Shown here: in pieces, positions 1 through 8,105 of the stretch
How the letters are laid out: the number at the start of each line of letters is the position of its first letter
How positions within the stretch are numbered: the first letter of the stretch is position 1
From: an uncultured Gammaproteobacteria bacterium
GTDB lineage: Bacteria; Pseudomonadota; Gammaproteobacteria; UBA9214
Assembly (NCBI GenBank): GCA_905480065.1
Contig: CAJQOV010000030.1
Span: 1-34,612 of the forward strand
Direction: 5' to 3'
Length of the DNA stretch: 34,612 nt
Program-made: the position numbers and the translations under genes
The notes under the pieces: model-generated
What the model was told of the DNA's origin: nothing
The model's database searches: none
What the model saw: only the letters and a program-made list of their open reading frames with translations

Positions 1-79
1 ACCGTGTTTTTCCAGCGCTGCCGTAAGCGATAAATGCGCCCTGGATAGTACAAAAGGGATTTCTCACATACCGCAATAC

Positions 80-751
80 ATGCAATTGCAGGATTCTCTC
101 GCATTGCGTGATATAGCAGTTACTACCCTGTGCAGGTCAGGAAATGTGACGGCGGTAGAATTTATGCACATTCCTGTTCTTCATAAAACCACTTGTATCA
201 CAGTATTTTCGGCTGGTTCGGTGCAGGCCGGCACCAGCTACGATTTCCGGCCGCTTGCCACCGATGCCGACAGCGGGGACATCCTGACGTTCAGCATTAC
301 GGGCCGGCCTGTCTGGGCCGTATTCGATACGGCGACCGGGCGTTTGAGTGGTACGCCGGGTGACACTGCGGTGGCAACCTATCGTGACATCATCATTGCG
401 GTATCCGACAACACGGACACAGTAGCGTTGCAGCCATTCAGTATCACCGTTGACCCGGCACCAGGTACGGCAGGCGGCTCCACTGTGGGTACGCTGGATC
501 TGGCGTGGACAGCTCCGGTCACCCGTGCCGATGGTTCGCCGATTTCCCTGTCGGAAATCGGGGGGTATCGTATTCATTACGGCATGACCGCGGGCGCCTA
601 CACCAATACCGTGAATGTGAACGACGGTAGCTTGCAGGCAACGACACTGGGCGGTATGACGCCTGGAACGTATCACCTGGTGATGACTACCATTGACACG
701 AACGGTCTTGCCAGCGCCTATTCACCGGAGGTGGTGAAAGTCGTTTACTAG
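80..751 (+). CDS. Ig-like (cadherin-like putative Ig) plus fibronectin type III domain surface protein, possibly 5'-truncated by the window edge
   Basis: The translation has a He_PIG/dystroglycan-type Ig-like motif (SYDFRPLATDADSGDILTFSITGRPVWAVFDTATGRLSGTP...IIIAVSD). It is followed by an FN3-like segment (LDLAWTAPVTRADGSPISLSEIGGYRIHYG). This reading frame has no stop between position 2 and the ATG at 80, and there is no signal peptide after that ATG, so the gene may start upstream of the window. Confidence 0.6.
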   Translation: MQLQDSLALRDIAVTTLCRSGNVTAVEFMHIPVLHKTTCITVFSAGSVQAGTSYDFRPLATDADSGDILTFSITGRPVWAVFDTATGRLSGTPGDTAVATYRDIIIAVSDNTDTVALQPFSITVDPAPGTAGGSTVGTLDLAWTAPVTRADGSPISLSEIGGYRIHYGMTAGAYTNTVNVNDGSLQATTLGGMTPGTYHLVMTTIDTNGLASAYSPEVVKVVY

Positions 752-1199
752 CAAGCGCCGATGGACTGGCTTTGCTGCATCAACTGTTTTTGCCTGATCA
801 GGGGATCCCCAGGGTAAAAGGGGATGGTGACAAGTGAGCAGGTGTGTGGCTTGCGACCATTCCACATATCCTTTGTGGATCCGACAGCTACCATACGTCA
901 GAGGCAATCTCCAGCCACACCCCGGCGGATGGCTATGCTTGACTGCCATGTATACTGGAGCCGGGATCATTGGTTCGAGCAACGGGTAACCCGGGCTCGA
1001 CTTCCGCGTTATTACTACTCAGACCGGATACCCGCGCAGGGTTTATACTCAGTGTGGTCCGCCAGACACGACGACATGGCCCGTAGCAGAAGGCGGTAAA
1101 TCAACCTTGTCAGTACCAGGAGGTCTGTGCGCTTACCGCATGACCACACGCGTTATCTCCGGCGATCCCCTGAACATTTACAGGCAAAGAGGATTCAAC

Positions 1200-1862
1200 A
1201 TGAACAAATACACCAGTTTTACCACACGGCTGTGCTGTACCGCGCTGGTCGCGGCTACGCTGGTCGTGGCCGGGTCCGGGCCAGTCCTGGCCGATCCGCC
1301 GGACCGCAATTATCGGGGCGACCAGAACGCTTACCAGGGTGATCGTCGTGGCCGTGGTGACCAGAAAGGCCGCCCGGATAAACGCTACCGGGACCAGTAT
1401 CGGGACTATCGCAAGGGGCCCCCGGTCGTCTACAGGGGAAAATCCTACGTGGCACCGCGCGGACGGATGCGTCGATATCGCGATGTGGTGATCGTGCGTC
1501 CCTATGGCCACTGGTATTCGGGTTATGCACATTATTATCACGACGATGATGCCTACAAGTGGCTGGCGTTCACCGCGATCACGCTCGGTGTGCTGAATCT
1601 TTTGAACGAGCAACAGCAGCGCGAGCACGAGGCGGCACAAATTGCAGCGACCACGGCACCCCTCGGGGAACGGATTGTCTGGCACGATGGCGCGGCGAGC
1701 GGCATGGTGATCGCCACGCGTGAAGGCACCGGCGCTTCGGGACGTTACTGCCGCGAATTCCAGCAGGAAGTGTCCGTCGGCGGCCGGATGGAGCAGGCCT
1801 ACGGTACAGCCTGCCGTAACCCGGATGGATCCTGGGAGGTCATTTCATCGGGCGGTCAGTGA
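1200..1862 (+). CDS. Exported Arg/Tyr/Asp-rich protein with a C-terminal surface-antigen-like Cys motif
   Basis: The ATG at 1200 is preceded by AAGAGGA 7 nt upstream. The signal peptide reads MNKYTSFTTRLCCTALVAATLVVAGSGPVLA/DPP. The C-terminus (RYCREFQQEVSVGGRMEQAYGTACRNPDGSWEV) resembles the 17-kDa / RT0821-Lpp0805-type surface antigen motif. The longer ORF-track start at 1107 (TTG) lacks a usable RBS. Confidence 0.6.
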   Translation: MNKYTSFTTRLCCTALVAATLVVAGSGPVLADPPDRNYRGDQNAYQGDRRGRGDQKGRPDKRYRDQYRDYRKGPPVVYRGKSYVAPRGRMRRYRDVVIVRPYGHWYSGYAHYYHDDDAYKWLAFTAITLGVLNLLNEQQQREHEAAQIAATTAPLGERIVWHDGAASGMVIATREGTGASGRYCREFQQEVSVGGRMEQAYGTACRNPDGSWEVISSGGQ

Positions 1863-2048
1863 GTTAGCGGGGTTCATGGGCGGCGCTAAATGTGCCAGAT
1901 CGGCACCTGGCGCCGACCTGTCTTTCATTCGACTAAGGTGCTATTGAATTTATGCGCTAAAGGAATAAGCTTGACCATAAACCCCGGGTAATCGGGGTAG
2001 TGTATCTCCACATACTGGCAACGAGCCATCCATAACAAGGAGAGCGGT

Positions 2049-2444
2049 ATGGTGCGCAAGTCGGTAGCAGGCATTTTATCAATGCTGGTGTTTTGTTCCG
2101 CCGCGTATGCGGATGACAAGGACAAGACCATGTACGCGCTTGCCTCATCTGGCGCTCCGCAGTGGCAACAGACAAACCCTGATCTCCTGTCCGAGGATGA
2201 CTACCTGCGTAGCGTCAATAACAACCGGAAGATCGTTCGGCATGAGTTCCAGGTGTATGCGAACCGGGTGATTGCTCAGGACAGCACCTACGGCAATGCC
2301 ATCGGGCTGCTCGGCGCTGCAGTGGCCGCATCGATAACCGATACCCGGGTTCACCTGAATGACAGCAAGACCATGGACATGGTATTCCGGGATACCGCCG
2401 ATACTGACCGGTCGGTACTGCTGCAGTACAGAATAACCTGGTGA
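2049..2444 (+). CDS. Small secreted hypothetical protein
   Basis: AAGGAGA lies upstream of the ATG. The N-terminal signal peptide is MVRKSVAGILSMLVFCSAAYA/DD. I recognise no family. Confidence 0.5.
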   Translation: MVRKSVAGILSMLVFCSAAYADDKDKTMYALASSGAPQWQQTNPDLLSEDDYLRSVNNNRKIVRHEFQVYANRVIAQDSTYGNAIGLLGAAVAASITDTRVHLNDSKTMDMVFRDTADTDRSVLLQYRITW

Positions 2445-2614
2445 TCAATCGATCAGTAGCGCAGTGCAATAGCAGGCACGGTGACAGCCCCATTTATTTT
2501 TTACTGGTCTTCGACCGCATGTTGTTCAGGATTGGAGAGTTCGTCGCGGCCGACTGTGACGGATAGCAACGGGTGCGCTGAGCCGGTCCGCGCCAGCGAG
2601 CGGTGCTCCACAAA

Positions 2615-2652
2615 CGGCAACAAAAAACCGGCTACGGCCGGTTTTTTGTTGC
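2615..2652. terminator. Bidirectional rho-independent terminator (perfect 17-bp stem)
   Basis: GGCAACAAAAAACCGGC-tacg-GCCGGTTTTTTGTTGCC: a GC core stem flanked by A6 on one side and T6 on the other. It sits between convergent genes ending at 2444 (+) and 2672 (-). Confidence 0.75.
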
Positions 2653-2671
2653 CGAGGCAAAAGCGTGCTCG

Positions 2672-4006
2672 TTACGGCACCACGACGTCCACCGTTACCG
2701 AGCTGTCCACCGGGCCGGCCTGGTCGTAAGTGGCCGTGGCCGTATTGACGATGCTGGTGTCGCCGGTCTGCACCACGTAGTCGGCCGTGCAGTCGAGCGC
2801 GGCACCCGGTGCCAGCGATGCCGGCAGTGCGCTGCCACAGGCCAGTGCGCCGAGACCCGGCAGGAGGTCGCTGACGCTGACATTGGTCAGTGTGACATTG
2901 CCGTCGTTGGACAGGCTCATGCGGTAGGTCAGCGTGTCACCCTCGGTTACCGTGGCCGAACCATCCTCGTCGGCATTCGTGTCCAGCGACTTGTCCAGTG
3001 ACAGTACCGGCACATCTTCCAGCGCCAGGTCCTGATGCGCGCCGCCGGAAATGGCGTCGGCCTGCACCTCGGTCTCGCTCATGAACAGCAGGCTGTCATC
3101 GGTATCCGGGTCATCTGCTTCACACACCAGCGCCACGGTATACAGGCCGGGATAGATATAGCCGGTATCGTAGTGGTAGATGCCCGTGGTGCCATCGTAA
3201 TGCACCGCTGTTTCCAGCAACGGACGATCCGAAGGCGGGCAGATGCTGGTATCGGTGTCGATACAGATATCATCCGGCGTTATGCTGGCTGCGTCGCCGT
3301 CGTAGACATACACCCAGCAGGCGTCCGGCGTGTCCGGGTTGAGTTTTTCGCTACGCTGGTCGGTGACCTCGCCATAAATATACGAGCTGGCGAGGGTGGT
3401 ATCCAGGATGCGCAAGGTCGGGCGCAGAATGTAGTGGAAGTCAGCGCGTGGCTTGTTTGGCTGCGACAGCGTGATGGATTTGCGCAGGTCGAAGTCGATG
3501 GTGAAGTCGATCCAGCCGGTGTCATCGATGCTGAAGTTGCGGTTGAGCTTGAAACCGCTTTGCACGCAGCTGGGACATTTCACCAGGTAATCGCCGCCGG
3601 AGGTTTCGACGATGCGGGTATGGGCGGGGTCGATCACCAGCCGTATCCAGCTGTAGTCACCGGCAGCGAGCGGGATCTGGCCGAGCAGCATGGTCTTGCC
3701 GCCGACCAGCGATTTCAGCTCGATGTCGCGGTAGGGCAGGATGTTGTTCGGGTCGTCCGTGTTTTCCACGTTGTAGATGATGTCCCCTGAGCCATCGGCC
3801 GGGTGCACCTTGACCTGGGTAAAGCGCACCCATACCTCCGCGATGTCAGCGTCATTGACCGGGGCATCCGTGATGCGCAGTACCAGGCCAGTTGCGCTAC
3901 CCGAGGTAGAGGTGCTGCTGCTACCACCGCCACCGCAGGCGGCAAGCAGAACAGCTAACGTCGTCATCGCAAGAAGTTTCGCGAGCCGGGAGAAATATTT
4001 GTACAT
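2672..4006 (-). CDS. Lipoprotein with a DUF4382-like N-terminal domain and a DUF11/conserved-repeat-like C-terminal domain
   Basis: The start at 4006 (ATG) has AGGAA upstream. The lipobox reads MYKYFSRLAKLLAMTTLAVLLAAC/GGGG. LVLRITDAPVNDADIAEVWVRFTQVKVH is typical of DUF4382. The C-terminus (TLTYRMSLSNDGNVTLTNVSVSDLLPG...CTADYVVQTGD...VNTATA) looks like a DUF11-type repeat. The 70 extra codons of the ORF-track start at 4216 look non-coding. Confidence 0.75.
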   Translation of the reverse strand: MYKYFSRLAKLLAMTTLAVLLAACGGGGSSSTSTSGSATGLVLRITDAPVNDADIAEVWVRFTQVKVHPADGSGDIIYNVENTDDPNNILPYRDIELKSLVGGKTMLLGQIPLAAGDYSWIRLVIDPAHTRIVETSGGDYLVKCPSCVQSGFKLNRNFSIDDTGWIDFTIDFDLRKSITLSQPNKPRADFHYILRPTLRILDTTLASSYIYGEVTDQRSEKLNPDTPDACWVYVYDGDAASITPDDICIDTDTSICPPSDRPLLETAVHYDGTTGIYHYDTGYIYPGLYTVALVCEADDPDTDDSLLFMSETEVQADAISGGAHQDLALEDVPVLSLDKSLDTNADEDGSATVTEGDTLTYRMSLSNDGNVTLTNVSVSDLLPGLGALACGSALPASLAPGAALDCTADYVVQTGDTSIVNTATATYDQAGPVDSSVTVDVVVP

Positions 4007-4123
4007 GTACAGTTCCTCATATGAACGGGCGCGGTCAGGTCGCCGGATTATTATGCTGTGGTTACTTTGGCCAGCACTGTGCTCGAGGCACAGAAAACGT
4101 AAACAAACCGTTCGATCAGATAG

Positions 4124-4143
4124 TGTGCCGGAATTCCGGCACA
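4124..4143. promoter_or_regulatory. Perfect 20-bp palindrome in a divergent promoter region (candidate operator)
   Basis: TGTGCCGGAATTCCGGCACA is its own reverse complement. It lies between the divergent starts at 4006 (-) and 4272 (+). Confidence 0.3.
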
Positions 4144-4271
4144 GCGAACAGTGTCCAAAGGTAGTATCCAGAGAATCCATTTGAATTATCAGGGTATTTT
4201 CGCAATAGACCCACACGGGCCGGGTCCTGGGTTACATTGTGCACTGATTCCGCCAGCGCAAGAATTGATTC

Positions 4272-7200
4272 ATGGTGCAACTCCCTACCGTTTCTGAAGC
4301 CGATACCCGCGACGCCTTCGTGGCTACGCCGTTTGATGACTACGAGCTGCTGGATTTTGGCGCCGGTCGCAAGCTGGAGCGCTGGGGAGAATATCTGGTG
4401 GAGGGTCCGGATCGGCTCGCGACGGGCGCACCGGCAGAGAAGAACTGGAATGCCGACTGGGTCTATGTCGATGACGTCGGTACGCGCGGCCACTGGGAGC
4501 CGACGCGTAGCGGTCTGCCACGTGAATGGGCGGTGCGGTTAGGCGACCAGCCGGTGCTGTGCCGGCTGGGGCCGCGCGGGCAGGTCGGACTGAAGGGGCG
4601 CGATATCCCCTGTGCGCAATGGATCCGGCAGCGGATCGAGGGTTGCTATGACCTGGATGATATTCGCGTACTGAACCTGTTTGGTGGTAACGGCTATGTC
4701 TCGGCGCAGGCATTGAAGGCCGGTGCCAGCGTAGTCCACGTGGATTCCAGCGAGGAGATGCACGCGCTGGCGCGCCACATTGCCGGTCACGCCAACATCG
4801 AGTACGTGCGTGACAACGTCGTGGATTTCGTCGAAGACCTGCTGCGCCGCCAGCTGCGCTTCGACCTGATCATCCTGCCGATCCCGCCGACCGGGCATGG
4901 GCCAAAGGGGCAGTTCTGGGACCGCGAGGTGGACATGGCGCGGCTGGTAAAATACCTGCCGCGGCTGATTTCGAAAAACTGTCTCGGGGTATGGCTGTCC
5001 ACCGACAGCGGTGCGATTACCTGGAAGGCGGAGGGCCTGGGGCAGCTGCTGCGTGAGGCGCTGCCGGGTTGCACGATCGAGCCGCTGCACCTGGGCACGC
5101 AAACGCGCAGCGGCCGGGTGTTGCCGGCCGGGGTCGCGGCGCGCTGGTATGACGCGACCGAATTCCTCCAGACCAGCGGTCTGCCGCTGACGGCGGCACA
5201 GCTGGAGGAGCGGCTTGATATCCACATGATTTCGCTCGGCGCTGCAGAAGAGCCGGCGCGTGCACTCGCCGAATTTACCCGTGAGCAGCAGGATTTCGTG
5301 CTGCACTGGGTGAGTATCGTGGCGCGGACCAGTTCCGGCATGGCACTGAACTTCGTTTCTCACGTGTGCCCGGCGCTGCGCCTGATGGAACCTGCCGGCG
5401 TCGAGGCCTGGCTGCTGGCGTGCATGGATATCTATGACACCAGGGGCCTGCATCCTGCGGTGGCGATGTTCAGGGATGTGGAAAGCTTTGCGGTTGAATA
5501 CAAGGCGCGCACCACTGGCGTGGCGTTCGAGGACGTGGTCAATGTGCTGGAAATGTTTGTGCACGGGCTGAATGGCCGGCAACTGAAGATTGAATGTGCT
5601 GAACAGTGCTGTACCGACACCGAGACCATCTTCATCCCTGCCACGGTTTCCCGGTTTGAAGACAATGACGATAACTTCCAGCTCTACAAGGTCATGGTGG
5701 TACACCAGTGGGCACAGACCTGGTTCGGCACCTGGCGTATCGAGCCACAGGAAGTGTTTGGCCGCTTTCCCGACCGCGACCAGGCGCTGGCGTGCTTTCA
5801 TGTGCTGGAGACCCTGCGCCTGGATGCGCGCATCCGTGACATGTTGCCGGGTGTATACCGGCATATTGAACGCTTTCGCGCCGCCAGTACATTCACGCTC
5901 GACCCGGTATGGGAGGAGGCCGCGGGCCACCTTGCGCGCAGCGGGGCCGGCGTGGAGGACACGCTGGTGTGGCTGGCGCGCATGGTTGACCATCCCCTGC
6001 CGGGGGCATTGCTGTACCAGGGCGTGCTGAAACCGGAGGCCGTGGACAAGGTGCGCAAGGCGCGTATCGAGGCAGACAAGCAGTCGTTTCGTTTGCACCT
6101 GTTGCGGCTGGAGCAGGAGCTGCGCGAGGCGGAAGCGGCAGTCGAGGAGCCGCAGTTACAAGAGGATGCACAGGATGAGGCCGGTGAGCGCCGCTTGCCG
6201 TTTGAATTGCGTACCGTCGAGTCCGATGAATCCGTGGATGGTTTTGCCTTTGAAATGGAGCTGGATGGCAAGCCCATCGCGCCGCCGGATCAGGTCAAGG
6301 GCACCATGGCGTCGATTTTCCAGGACCTCGGAGAAATTCCGGAAGAGTATTTATATGCGGCCGGTGACGGCGCCTATGTGGCGGAGGCCATCGGCGAGCA
6401 GAGCGTCGAGGATGTCTGGAAAGGCACTTATCACGAGGAAGGCGCATTTCTCTATAACGAATGGGATTACGAGCGCCAGAACTACCGCAAGAACTGGGCG
6501 GTACTGCGTGAGCTGGAGATCAGTCCGCAGGATTCCCATTTTGTGCGTGACACGCTGGTCAAGTATCGCGGCCTGACTGCGCACCTGCGCCGCACCTTCG
6601 AGGCGCTGCGCGGCGAGGACAAACTGCTCAAGAAACAACCCTATGGCGACAATGTCGATATCGACGCACTGGTCGAGGCCTGGGCCGATACCAGCATGGG
6701 CATGGAGATGCCGGACCGCCTGTTCACCAAGAAGCACAAGCTGGAACGCGATATCGCAGTGATGTTCATGGTCGACATGAGTGGTTCCACCAAGGGCTGG
6801 ATCAACGATGCCGAGCGGGAATCGCTGGTGCTGCTGTGCGAGTCGCTGGAAACACTGGGAGATCGCTATGCCATCTACGGCTTTTCCGGCATGACGCGCA
6901 AGCGCTGCGAGGTGTACCGCGTCAAGCGCTTTGACGAGGAATACACCGACGAGGTGCGTGGACGCATTGCCGGTATCCGTCCGAAGGACTACACACGCAT
7001 GGGTGTAACCATCCGCCACCTGTGTCACCTGCTGGGACAGGTGGAGGCGCGTACCAAGCTGCTCGTTACCCTGTCCGACGGCAAGCCGGATGACTACGAT
7101 ACCTATCGCGGTGCCTATGGCATAGAGGACACGCGGCAGGCACTGATCGAGGCGCGCCGTAACGGCATTCATTCGTTCTGCATCACCATCGATACCGAGG

Positions 7201-7310
7201 CGAAGGACTACCTGCCGCACATGTACGGCGCCGTGAATTATGCGGTCATCGACGAGGTGCGCAAGTTGCCGTTGAAGGTGTCGGACATCTACCGGCGTCT
7301 GACTGCATAG
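4272..7310 (+). CDS. Fusion protein: N-terminal class I SAM-dependent methyltransferase-like domain plus NorD/CbbO-type VWA domain protein
   Basis: The N-terminal ~300 aa (LLDFGAGRKLERWG...VLNLFGGNGYVSAQALKAGASVVHVDSS...LIILPIPPTGHGPKGQFW) match the RlmI/RlmK-like SAM-MTase family. The remainder matches NorD/CbbO (LYKVMVVHQWAQTWFGTW...). The C-terminal VWA domain has an intact MIDAS motif, DMSGS at 6774..6788, and LSDGKPDDYD. The frame is continuous across the junction. Confidence 0.8.
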   Translation: MVQLPTVSEADTRDAFVATPFDDYELLDFGAGRKLERWGEYLVEGPDRLATGAPAEKNWNADWVYVDDVGTRGHWEPTRSGLPREWAVRLGDQPVLCRLGPRGQVGLKGRDIPCAQWIRQRIEGCYDLDDIRVLNLFGGNGYVSAQALKAGASVVHVDSSEEMHALARHIAGHANIEYVRDNVVDFVEDLLRRQLRFDLIILPIPPTGHGPKGQFWDREVDMARLVKYLPRLISKNCLGVWLSTDSGAITWKAEGLGQLLREALPGCTIEPLHLGTQTRSGRVLPAGVAARWYDATEFLQTSGLPLTAAQLEERLDIHMISLGAAEEPARALAEFTREQQDFVLHWVSIVARTSSGMALNFVSHVCPALRLMEPAGVEAWLLACMDIYDTRGLHPAVAMFRDVESFAVEYKARTTGVAFEDVVNVLEMFVHGLNGRQLKIECAEQCCTDTETIFIPATVSRFEDNDDNFQLYKVMVVHQWAQTWFGTWRIEPQEVFGRFPDRDQALACFHVLETLRLDARIRDMLPGVYRHIERFRAASTFTLDPVWEEAAGHLARSGAGVEDTLVWLARMVDHPLPGALLYQGVLKPEAVDKVRKARIEADKQSFRLHLLRLEQELREAEAAVEEPQLQEDAQDEAGERRLPFELRTVESDESVDGFAFEMELDGKPIAPPDQVKGTMASIFQDLGEIPEEYLYAAGDGAYVAEAIGEQSVEDVWKGTYHEEGAFLYNEWDYERQNYRKNWAVLRELEISPQDSHFVRDTLVKYRGLTAHLRRTFEALRGEDKLLKKQPYGDNVDIDALVEAWADTSMGMEMPDRLFTKKHKLERDIAVMFMVDMSGSTKGWINDAERESLVLLCESLETLGDRYAIYGFSGMTRKRCEVYRVKRFDEEYTDEVRGRIAGIRPKDYTRMGVTIRHLCHLLGQVEARTKLLVTLSDGKPDDYDTYRGAYGIEDTRQALIEARRNGIHSFCITIDTEAKDYLPHMYGAVNYAVIDEVRKLPLKVSDIYRRLTA

Positions 7311-7564
7311 CCCGCAATCGATCGGTGCCGGGCAGTTTCCGCAACCGGTACCCGCAACAAATCATCCCGGGTGGGCAGTGCGCCGACGTCGGGCTGCTGT
7401 GCGAGCGTCACTGGCCGGCAGTGGCACAACTCCGGGAGAGCCCGGATGGCACGGGCTGGTATTTTTGCCCCAGGCCGCTTTGAAAACGGCCGGGTGAAGT
7501 TTCATATCTTATTGATAAATAGATGAATAGATAATGTAGCGGGGTCGGATCCGAAAGGTATTCA

Positions 7565-7593
7565 TTGACATATGTATAAGTAAGTAGTAATAT
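7565..7593 (+). promoter_or_regulatory. Sigma70-like promoter (TTGACA-17 nt-TAATAT) in an AT-rich island
   Basis: TTGACA at 7565..7570, a 17-nt spacer, and TAATAT at 7588..7593. There is an AT-rich upstream tract at 7500..7560. It sits about 40 nt upstream of the AGGAGG/ATG of the small ORF at 7633. Confidence 0.45.
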
Positions 7594-7632
7594 AATGAAC
7601 AGCTGTAGTACCAGGCTAACAGGAGGTGTCCC

Positions 7633-7785
7633 ATGTACATCGATAACCTGACAATTTCCGCACTGATTATTTTTTTCGGTGCATTGTATCTGTTCATTCG
7701 TTACTGCGTGATTAATGTCTGCGGGTTGAAGACCGCAGGTCGTCGGCGCGTCGGCAACGGTACGCTGAAGGCGGGTAAGCTGTGA
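7633..7785 (+). CDS. 50-aa single-pass membrane peptide (below the ORF-track length cutoff)
   Basis: AGGAGG at 7621..7626 lies 6 nt before the ATG at 7633. Translation: MYIDNLTISALIIFFGALYLFIRYCVINVCGLKTAGRRRVGNGTLKAGKL, a hydrophobic helix followed by a basic tail. Its TGA (7783..7785) overlaps the GTG (7782) of the next gene as GTGA. Confidence 0.5.
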   Translation: MYIDNLTISALIIFFGALYLFIRYCVINVCGLKTAGRRRVGNGTLKAGKL

Positions 7786-8096
7786 ACCTCGCCATGCATA
7801 CCCTGCAGCTGGCCAGCCGCGACAGCCTGTCTGCCGAGTTTGCCAGATCACTGCTGGCGCACGGCGGACAGCTGGTGGACATCCGTTCACCGGATGATTT
7901 CCGGCACGGTGCATTACCCGGCGCACTTAACCTGCCCATGGACGCGCTGTGCTATGACTACAAGTACCTGGACAGAAATGAGCCGGTGATCCTGTGTGGC
8001 AACCACGGTGTTGCCTGTGTACGTGCTGCGCGGTTGCTTGCCGGGCAGGGCTTCGGACGAATCTACTTCCTGATGCTGCCGCAGCACGTCCATTAA
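7782..8096 (+). CDS. Single-domain rhodanese-like sulfurtransferase
   Basis: GGQLVDIRSPDDFRHGALPGALNLP...EPVILCGNHGVACVRAARLLAGQGF is a rhodanese fold with a Cys at the active-loop position. The start is ambiguous: GTG at 7782 or ATG at 7794. Confidence 0.7.
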   Translation: MNLAMHTLQLASRDSLSAEFARSLLAHGGQLVDIRSPDDFRHGALPGALNLPMDALCYDYKYLDRNEPVILCGNHGVACVRAARLLAGQGFGRIYFLMLPQHVH

Positions 8097-8105
8097 GTGC
8101 ACGGC

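Noticed and set aside
959-997. tRNA-like GGTTCGAG T-loop motif inside a hairpin
   Set aside because: There is no acceptor stem, D-arm or anticodon arm around it, and the T-stem would be only 3 bp. Not a tRNA or tmRNA by eye.
3035-3790. 251-aa ORF on the plus strand
   Set aside because: Antisense to the DUF4382 lipoprotein gene. No start context and no family resemblance.
4539-6098. 519-aa ORF on the minus strand
   Set aside because: It lies entirely antisense to the well-supported MTase-VWA gene. The composition is Arg/Ala/Pro/Gln-rich, typical of antisense frames in GC-rich DNA. No RBS and no recognisable motifs.
7408-7926. 172-aa ORF on the minus strand spanning the AT-rich island
   Set aside because: It runs through a near-consensus + strand promoter, the strong-SD small ORF and the rhodanese gene start. 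The composition changes abruptly across the AT-rich tract and there is no RBS.
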